From Eledone cirrhosa (lineage: Eukaryota): a stretch of DNA of 64,000 nucleotides. Position numbers and translations under genes: made by a program. Below the pieces are notes generated by a model that did not search any database, was not told where the DNA came from, and saw only the letters and a list, made by a program, of their open reading frames with translations. How positions within the stretch are numbered: position 1 is the first letter of the stretch; each line of letters starts with the position of its first letter. The stretch is taken from assembly GCA_964016885.1 (NCBI GenBank), contig OZ024741.1:26040001-26104000 (forward strand). The letters are read 5' to 3'. Positions 55,301 through 64,000 of the stretch are shown here, in pieces.

Positions 55301-57560
55301 ACGAGAGCTGGACAGTAGAAGATCTTCAGAGAAGAAACTGTCAGGAGAGCTGGCCAGCAGAAGATCTTCAGAGAAGAAACTGTCAGGAGAGCTGGCCAGC
55401 AGAAGGTCTTCAGAGAAGAAACTGTCAGGAGAGCTGGACAGTAGAAGATCTTCAGAGAAGAAACTGTCAGGAGAGCTGGCCAGCAGAAGATCTTCAGAGA
55501 AGAAACTGTCAGGAGAGCTGGACAGCAGAAGATCTTCAGAGAAGAAACTGTCAGGAGAGCTGGACAGTAGAAGATCTTCAGAGAAGAAACTGTCAGGAGA
55601 GCTGGACAGTAGAAGATCTTCAGAGAAGAAACTGTCAGGAGAGCTGGCCAGCAGAAGATCTTCAGAGAAGAAACTGTCAGGAGAGCTGGCCAGCAGAAGG
55701 TCTTCAGAGAAGAAACTGTCAGGAGAGCTGGACAGTAGAAGATCTTCAGAGAAGAAACTGTCAGGAGAGCTGGCCAGCAGAAGATCTTCAGAGAAGAAAC
55801 TGTCAGGAGAGCTGGCCAGCAGAAGATCTTCAGAGAAGAAACTGTCAGGAGAGCTGGACAGTAGAAGATCTTCAGAGAAGAAACTGTCAGGAGAGCTGGC
55901 CAGCAGAAGATCTTCAGAGAAGAAACTGTCAGGAGAGCTGGACAGTAGAAGATCTTCAGAGAAGAAACTGTCAGGAGAGCTGGCCAGCAGAAGATCTTCA
56001 GAGAAGAAACTGTCAGGAGAGCTGGCCAGCAGAAGGTCTTCAGAGAAGAAACTGTCAGGAGAGCTGGACAGTAGAAGATCTTCAGAGAAGAAACTGTCAG
56101 GAGAGCTGGCCAGCAGAAGATCTTCAGAGAAGAAACTGTCAGGAGAGCTGGACAGTAGAAGATCTTCAGAGAAGAAACTGTCAGGAGAGCTGGACAGTAG
56201 AAGATCTTCAGAGAAGAAACTGTCAGGAGAGCTGGCCAGCAGAAGATCTTCAGAGAAGAAACTGTCAGGAGAGCTGGCCAGCAGAAGGTCTTCAGAGAAG
56301 AAACTGTCAGGAGAGCTGGCCAGCAGAAGATCTTCAGAGAAGAAACTGTCAGGAGAGCTGGACAGTAGAAGATCTTCAGAGAAGAAACTGTCAGGAGAGC
56401 TGGCCAGCAGAAGATCTTCAGAGAAGAAACTGTCAGGAGAGCTGGCCAGCAGAAGATCTTCAGAGAAGAAACTGTCAGGAGAGCTGGACAGTAGAAGATC
56501 TTCAGAGAAGAAACTGTCAGGAGAGCTGGCCAGCAGAAGATCTTCAGAGAAGAAACTGTCAGGAGAGCTGGACAGTAGAAGATCTTCAGAGAAGAAACTG
56601 TCAGGAGAGCTGGACAGTAGAAGATCTTCAGAGAAGAAACTGTCAGGAGAGCTGGCCAGCAGAAGATCTTCAGAGAAGAAACTGTCAGGAGAGCTGGACA
56701 GTAGAAGATCTTCAGAGAAGAAACTGTCAGGAGAGCTGGACAGTAGAAGATCTTCAGAGAAGAAACTGTCAGGAGAGCTGGACAGTAGAAGATCTTCAGA
56801 GAAGAAACTGTCAGGAGAGCTGGCCAGCAGAAGATCTTCAGAGAAGAAACTGTCAGGAGAGCTGGACAGTAGAAGATCTTCAGAGAAGAAACTGTCAGGA
56901 GAGCTGGACAGTAGAAGATCTTCAGAGAAGAAACTGTCAGGAGAGCTGGACAGTAGAAGATCTTCAGAGAAGAAACTGTCAGGAGAGCTGGACAGTAGAA
57001 GATCTTCAGAGAAGAAACTGTCAGGAGAGCTGGACAGTAGAAGATCTTCAGAGAAGAAACTGTCAGGAGAGCTGGACAGTAGAAGATCTTCAGAGAAGAA
57101 ACTGTCAGGAGAGCTGGCCAGCAGAAGATCTTCAGAGAAGAAACTGTCAGGAGAGCTGGACAGTAGAAGATCTTCAGAGAAGAAACTGTCAGGAGAGCTG
57201 GACAGTAGAAGATCTTCAGAGAAGAAACTGTCAGGAGAGCTGACCAGCAGAAGATCTTCAGAGAAGAAACTGTCAGGAGAGCTGGCCAGCAGAAGGTCTT
57301 CAGAGAAGAAACTGTCAGGAGAGCTGGACAGTAGAAGATCTTCAGAGAAGAAACTGTCAGGAGAGCTGGCCAGCAGAAGATCTTCAGAGAAGAAACTGTC
57401 AGGAGAGCTGGACAGCAGAAGATCTTCAGAGAAGAAACTGTCAGGAGAGCTGGACAGCAGAAGATCTTCAGAGAAGAAACTGTCAGGAGAGCTGGACAGC
57501 AGAAGGTCTTCAGAGAAGAAACTGTCAGGGGAAATGGACAGCAGAAGGTCTTCGGAGAAG
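37366..57560. repeat. 42-bp satellite (GAGAAGAAACTGTCAGGAGAGCTGGACAGTAGAAGATCTTCA), ~480 copies, ~20.2 kb; intronic
   Basis: Direct periodicity; linked GACAGT/GCCAGC variants; diverged edge units. Confidence 0.99.
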
Positions 57561-57749
57561 ACCACCACCATGTGATGGACCAGTGTCCTATAAGCTCTAA
57601 CCTAATGAGACTCTGTGCTTGGGGCAAATGTTAGCCACATTTTTAATTATAAAAACATAGTTTATATATATTATCTGGATAGTGTGTATATATCCTGTAT
57701 ATATTAACTAGATAGACACATACACACACACACTCTATATATATATATA

Positions 57750-58486
57750 TGTAGCGAAATCTGTCCGCGCCTTGAACTTTGGGTGATACCTAAAGGTTAA
57801 ATCCTAGGTCAACACTCTCTTTGGTGTAGACAGGTGGATTCGTTGACTGTCCTCTCAAGGTGGGGGACAGGAAGTGACAGCTATATATAGACCATGTACA
57901 AGCAATTCCACACACAGACATCGAAGCAATAGGATATACAACTAACTATGTAAGGATTACTGCTATTAACAGATCCCTTTGGTCTACCAACAGACCCCAT
58001 GAAGTCTACAGATACACACACAGAGATTGGAACCTCTATTACTACAGACCACACTGCTGTATGCAGTTCAAAGTATTTCAGAGCTATACATACCATACTC
58101 TCTAACTAACACGGTCTAACAACTATTACCATGAATTCCAACAACAACAACAATTATCTGTAACTCGCTGTTTTAACACCAACAACAACAGACTTCAACA
58201 GCCTACACATTAACAACAAAATAATATTGTCAATCTTTGCAACTTATGGTAACTTGTTTAGTGAACCTTTTAATTGATTCACGTGAAGTAAACTATATAT
58301 AACCAAATCCTATATTCCTTATATTCTTTATATTCACGTTATTATTCCTTATATTATATTCATGTAATCTCTTCTAACAACATTGTTATTATCATAACTA
58401 AATAACCAACATATTTATTCTATACATATTACCATACTATCCATTATTTAACAATTTCTTCACATATATTTATACCATTCGTTAAA
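57750..58486 (+). mobile_element. probable solo LTR inserted in a TA microsatellite
   Basis: Starts TGTAGCGAA, ends TTCGTTAAA (imperfect inverted termini); internal CTATATATA TATA-like box; (TA)n on both sides. Confidence 0.45.
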
Positions 58487-58573
58487 TATATATATATATA
58501 TATATTAACTAGATAGACACACACACACTATATATTAACTAGACACACACACACTGTATATATTAACTAGATA

Positions 58574-58608
<35 letters not shown>

Positions 58609-58739
58609 TATATATGTGGCTAATCAGATAACTGTTCAGTAAACAACCACCTCCTAAATAAAGCCAGAATGTGGGACCTGGTCTTTATTAACTTCCCTCA
58701 TGTCCCTAGTTTAAGGCCACATCTCAGATCTTCAGAGAT

Positions 58740-58965
58740 TTCTACCAATTACAGCTGTCGTACCATTACAGACTGTTTGCAGTGGTCAGTGTCACATTTC
58801 CACCAATCACTAGTCATACCATTACACAGTTTGCAGTGGTCAGTGACCTATAATTCCACCAATCACAGCTGTCATAACATTACACACTGTTTGCAGTGGT
58901 CAGTGACTCATATTTCCACCAATCACTATCATACCATTTTAGATTGCATGGAGTGGTCAGTGAAA
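58740..58965. repeat. ~55-60-bp tandem repeat, 4 copies
   Basis: CCAATCAC..CATTACA..TTTGCAGTGGTCAGTG recurs. Confidence 0.8.
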
Positions 58966-58991
58966 CTCATTTCTTCATTATCTCTTTTCAG

Positions 58992-59082
58992 TTTTGATGT
59001 TTCCAGACCTGAAATAGGAACTGACCAGAAAAAGACAAATGAAGTTTTTGTAACAAATTCAAAAATATCGAAAATTCCTCAG
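58992..59082 (+). CDS. EPB41L5: Yurt/EPB41L5-like exon (G)FDVSRPEIGTDQKKTNEVFVTNSKISKIPQ
   Basis: tctcttttcAG / CAG-GTAAAA; phase 2 to 0. Confidence 0.78.
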
Positions 59083-59551
59083 GTAAAACTAGTTGACTTT
59101 TGTTTTTAGACATTTCTTGAAGGAAATTGTCTGATAAGGTTTAGAGGACTTTGTGTGTGTTTTTGTGCATACACATACATACAAAGATGTGTGGACATAT
59201 TACAAATCAGAGAAGTTTACATAACCCAGAAGCAGCTTTTGTTTTGTTCGATGGGAGAGAAATCTTTTGGTGAAATCTGGTTTTGAAGAGGTTTCAAACA
59301 ATTTCAAAAATCAGTCTGTTTCAAATATTAAAGAAATATTAATGGACAGTGAGTAATGATAAAGGATGTCTCCTCCTTAACACTTATTAAAAGTATGTAG
59401 CTAATATATCAGTGGAGTTATATGGCCTAGTGGTTAGAGTGTTCGACTCATGATCGTAAACTCATAGATTCAGTTCTTGGACCATATCATGTTATGTTCT
59501 TGAAAAAAAAGTCCTTTATTTCATATAGCTTCTCAAGATAGAAATCTACCA

Positions 59552-59779
59552 TTAACCCTTTAGCATTTTAACTGGCCGTAACCAGCCAGAATTCTCTTGC
59601 CTCTTTCTGTTCAAACTGACTGTAACTGGCCACTCATACTCATGTTAAGTTATTGTTATCAAAATAAATTATATCAAACTCTCATATATTCAATATTATG
59701 TGAGATATTATGTAAGATAAAGCCTTTACTGTGAAAATACAATAGTATATATAGAGTAATGTATATGCTAAAGAGTTAA
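59552..59779. mobile_element. piggyBac-type MITE inside a degenerate tRNA-SINE (head ~59413)
   Basis: TTAA-CCCTTTAGCAT...ATGCTAAAGAG-TTAA; upstream TGGCCTAGTGGTTAGAG A box. Confidence 0.8.
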
Positions 59780-60032
59780 TACTCTCACGACACCTCGTAT
59801 GAGATGCAACCTTGTAGGAGTTCAGCTAAACCTAGGTGTGAGTTTATATACCAGAAACTCTCAGGTTGAATTTTGAATAAGTTACCCACAAGTTATTGTT
59901 TAGCCCCAGATCAGTCCTGATTGAGCAGAGTTATGATCAAAAACATTCCAGCTGTGACCATCCCATATTTTTGTATATTTAGGAATTGTTGAATATGTCT
60001 TTCCATTGTTTTTGTAAAATGGTTAAGTTTTA

Positions 60033-60302
60033 ATTTGAGCTAACATGATGTAGAAGTTTCCTTTTTGAGCTAACATGATGTAGAAGTTCCCTTTTTGAGT
60101 TAACATGGCATAGAAGTTCCCTTTTTGAGTTAACATGGCATAGAAGTTCCCTTTTTGAGTTAACATGATGTAGAAGTTCCTTTTTAAGCTAACACACTGA
60201 AGAAGGTCCCTTTCTGAGCTAACACATTGTAGAAGGTCCCTTTTTGAGCTAACACATTGTAGAAGATCCCTTTTTGAGCTCACATGGTGTAGAAGTTCCT
60301 TT
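60033..60302. repeat. 30-bp tandem repeat, ~9 copies
   Basis: CTTTTTGAGCTAACATGATGTAGAAGTTCC period 30. Confidence 0.92.
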
Positions 60303-60525
60303 CATTTATCTTAGAAAAGATACATAGCCACAGGTAAGCAATCAATCTAGGCTATTTAGTGGGTTTAGAGACGTTTCTGTGGTGTATTGAGGTAAGAAAT
60401 ATATATTTTATTGCTTTCTTATGCTTTGTGGTTTCTCTTCTAAATATTGTTGGTGGTTGTTGTTGTTGTTATTGTCGTTGCTTTCTCTTTGAAATAAAAC
60501 AGTTATCTCTCTTGTGCTTTCACAG

Positions 60526-61509
60526 CGAGATTCAGCAAGAACAAAAATCTTGCTGCCTTCTGAAAAGGGGAAATCTCCACATCAAGAGGATCTATCAAGA
60601 CAGAAAGACACAGCAGGGATATTCTCTTTTCCACCCAATAGTCCCAACATGACTAACAATAATTTCGACAGGGCTTCCGTTTCCTCAAAGCCTCCTTCAG
60701 CTGAAATACTTATCAATTTCTCCCCTACTAGCAAGAATGGCAATGTTGACGATCCCCAGCCTACAGCTGCCAACTATGGAAGGAATCCATTCCGTTCTGG
60801 GAATTCCCAAATCCCTTCTCCATTGCAGAAGTCTCCCCCTTCCCAGATTCCTTCATCACAGGTGACAATCAGTAAAGCTGGTCAACAAAATATTGGCAAA
60901 ACTCATTCACAGATCCGTGTGCCATCACAGATCCCATCTTTTTCACAAGGTTCGCCACCAACTCAAATCCCTACATTCTCACAAAACTCGCCTCCAACCC
61001 ATATCCCCACCCTTTCACAGAGCTCCCCTCCCACTCAAATACCTTCACTTTCACAGAACTCCCCTCTCTCTCAGATACCTTCTCCCACATCAAATTCCAA
61101 AAATCCGTTTTACAATTCCCAAAACAAGGCTACAAACCCTTTCGTTAATGAAGACAACCAAAAAAGTCTTCCAAGATCTAAGAATCCTTTCATAAATCTG
61201 GCAAATGAAGAATCATTGTCCCAAAAGTCTAAGTTACCAGTTCTGAACGCAACCAAACCTCAAGATCTTGATTTTTCGGATAACTTCACTTCTAAGGATG
61301 CTGATCTGAATAGCTCAATAACAGCTGAACTAGATTCTATTGTTGCCAACCTTACTACTGCTGGAGAGAAAAAGATGATGCCGCCACCATCATCTTTCTC
61401 ATCGTTGTCAGGGTTACAGAAACAATCTTCTGTTCACTCATCTGAGAGTTCTTCCATTCCTCCCCCTGTCGTTCGAGTCAACAAGCCTACCAGTGATGTG
61501 ATCATCCAT
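60526..61509 (+). CDS. EPB41L5: 984-nt Yurt/EPB41L5-like exon, S/P/Q/N-rich disordered region with SxIP and NPF repeats
   Basis: tgctttcacAG / GTAAGT; 328 open codons; phase 0 to 0; internal repeats diverge mainly at synonymous sites. Confidence 0.88.
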
Positions 61510-62774
61510 GTAAGTTTCCTCATCTCCATTCAGGTTGTCAAATCTTGTACCAAATCGCTATGTTGTTCGTTCCTCCCCTCAACTTCCTTCTGTCCCTCCT
61601 CATCCTACTGTCATCTTCAGCATGGTTCTTCTAATAATAACAACTAGCTTCCTCTAACCACACTCTCAACTTCAATTGTCCATCTTGTTACTAATACATC
61701 GTCTCCAATTAAAATTAGACAAGGCATATCTCTGCTAATTACCTCCTTCTTTAATTAATTTATTAAAACTAATTACTTGTCCAGTTCTATGCATCTTGCT
61801 CTGTTTTCCAACACTCCCTTTTCTCGTTACTAAAACCTGCTAATATCCTTTACATGATGTTGTCTATATTATTGTTGTTATTTAACCCTCAACCAGCAGA
61901 CCTTTCCTAAAAAGCATTCCAGCCATGACCATCCCATTTATGTGGATGTATGTGTGTGTATGTATGTGTGTGTGTGTGGAACTATCTTGGTCTACATTAC
62001 CTAATGTATATCCTTTTCCCTTTACGAGATGGCAGTGTGTGATTTGAGGAAAGTTTTGCTGTTATTTCTAACATATCTGGAAACCCTGTTGAGGCCCTCC
62101 CACCCCTCTTTTGGGGTTTTACTGTTGCTAATGATATTTTATTCCTGTTAATGTTCTGAAAACTAAAATGGTTTTGTTATATGGTTGAGTTGAGAGAGGG
62201 AGAGTGGGGGCTGCACACTATGACACTGTTATGTCGCTGTGGTGTGACACTATGTTGTGACATTATGTTATATGGTTGAGTTGAGAGAGGGAGAGTGGGG
62301 GCTGTGATACTGTGACACTCTTACTGTAACACTATGTTGTGACGTTGTACTACAGTGATACTGTGTTGTTGTTATATTGTGCTGTTGTGACATTGTGCTG
62401 TTTTGACGCTGTAACACTGATGTTGTGCTGTTGTGACACTGTGTTGTTGTGATGGTGGAATGTCTCGCTGAAACACAATGTTGTAATACTGACATTTTTG
62501 CTGGGACATTGTATTGTTGTGATGGTGAAATGTGTTATTGTGATACTGTTTTGTTGTGTTTAAATATGGTGTTGTTGTGAGTCAATACAGTGTTGTGAGA
62601 TAAAGGTATCAAAATATTAATACTTCTACATTTGTAACATATCTGATAGATTTGTGTCTGAAGAAAGACAACACACTGCTGTGTAGGGAACTTTTATTGA
62701 CTGAAAAACACCATGGAATCTTTGGAGGAGAAAAAAGACATTTGTTTGAATTACTAACTGAAAACTGAAGTAAT

Positions 62775-64000
62775 TGTAATGATAAATAATAATGAAAATA
62801 TTGTGTACAGTGCTCAGGTGCACTACAACTCATCAAAAAGTGTATGTATAGTACATAGGGTAATGTACAAACGTCAGGAAAATGAACAGTGCATGAGTCA
62901 TGATATACACATGTGTGCATGTGTATGGAAGGGGGACATCAGGTGTAGTTTTGGCGAATTTCGGGAATCATGAGGGTTTTAAAGGATGCAGTGTCTCGGC
63001 AGCTAACAACTGATGCAGGCAGTTTGTTCCATGTTTCAGCAACTCTAAGCGTGAAAAAATGTTTCCGAAAGTCATGGGAGCTGTGCTGTTTTCTGATTTT
63101 GTAGGCATGTCCACGTGTGTTAGACACATGGAGATCAAAAAGGTGCTCAGGGTTGTTGTTGGCGAGATGGTTAATAACTTTGTGGGTGTTTACCAAGTCC
63201 GTTGCCAGACGTCGGAGCTTCAATGAATCCATGCCCAGAGTATGGTAGATGCCTGATGGAGGGTATGCGCTTGGTTGCACGTCTCTGAACAGTTTCCAGG
63301 TGGTCAATGTTCTGAGCAAGGAGTATGTGGACACTGGATTTTTCCTCCCAAAATGCATGGTGGTACACTTGTCCACAGCCAGCTTCAGTTGCCAGTCTGT
63401 GATCCATTGCTACATTGTGTCCAGGTCTGATTGTAGGAAAGAGTTGTAGATTTCAGGATCAGTCCTTTTGATTTCAGGGTACAGCTTGATGTCATCTGCA
63501 TATTTCAGTACCGTGGCATTCTTTAAGTTGGCATCTATGTCATTAATATATGCCACAAACAAAAAGGGACCAAGAACAGATCCCTGTGGTACACCAGATG
63601 ACATCTCATATGGTGAAGAATGCTGTCCTAGAAGTGTGACTACCTCTTTTCGGCTGAGAATGAAAGATTTCAACCAGTTAAAAAGATCATCCCTCACACC
63701 CATTGCAAAGAGTTTTGCCATAAGTCTTTTGTGTGGCACAGAATTAAAAGCCTTAGCGAAGTCAAGATAAACAACATCCACCCATGAGCTGCTGTCAGTG
63801 ATCCGGGTAATGTCTTCAAGGAACTCGATAAGCTGATCACAGCAGCTGGAGTTAGGGATAAATCCAAACTGCAAGGGCCGGATGAGGCTGTGAGAGCTCC
63901 AGAAGTTCCAAAGTATTTCTCTGACACAGGATTCCATCAGTTTGGCAATACAGCTAGTAAGACTGACTTGACGATAGTTGACAGGTGACGTGCAGTCGCC
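62775..64000 (-). mobile_element. CR1-clade LINE, RT domain and 3' end; inactive (stop at 63410, internal deletions); continues past window
   Basis: QFGF, YLDFAKAFNSVPH, GVPQGSVLGP, YADD, VQRRATK, TRGH, FFTLRVAETWNKLP. Confidence 0.93.

Noticed and set aside
37335-57627. Giant ORFs (up to 3538 aa) on both strands of the 42-bp array as real proteins
   Set aside because: The unit is 14 codons and stop-free in several frames at once. The + frame has scattered TGA/TAA stops, and a 1-nt deletion at ~47020 shifts all frames. The 3-nt indels are AGA slippage. The flanking exons join in phase without the array.
62010-62100. Possible next coding exon after 61509
   Set aside because: Weak GAG acceptor, and the region resembles a dispersed repeat also seen near 13230 and 59945 (TTCCAGC..TGACCA.CC). 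The terminal exons are probably beyond the window.

Overview
Eukaryotic, AT-rich, repeat-dense genomic DNA. The SINE families look like those I associate with octopod cephalopods; this is an inference, not a database result. The whole window lies inside one + strand multi-exon gene, a Yurt/EPB41L5 (band 4.1-like 5) FERM protein. I assembled 12 GT-AG exons with mutually consistent phases, from 12973 to 61509. They encode the end of FERM-M, FERM-C, the FA domain and a long disordered C-terminal region; the start and end of the gene lie outside the window. About 36 kb of intron is three giant minisatellites: 23-bp x ~538, 27-bp x ~125 and 42-bp x ~480. Their long ORFs are repeat artefacts. Other intronic content includes a Dong/R4-type retrotransposon in a (TAA)n tract, a Penelope-like element with an inverted terminal copy and a hammerhead-like motif, CR1 and RTE fragments, a hAT transposase fossil, several tRNA-SINEs, and piggyBac-, hAT- and Tc1-type MITEs. 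The most interesting signals are: (1) a 12-aa-periodic array of SxIP (EB1-binding-type) motifs plus four NPF motifs in one frame-symmetric exon of the Yurt homolog; (2) a U4A-variant hammerhead-like fold in the Penelope element; (3) satellites that appear to have been born from SINE sub-segments; (4) stacked inverted repeats just upstream of the FERM-C/FA exon.
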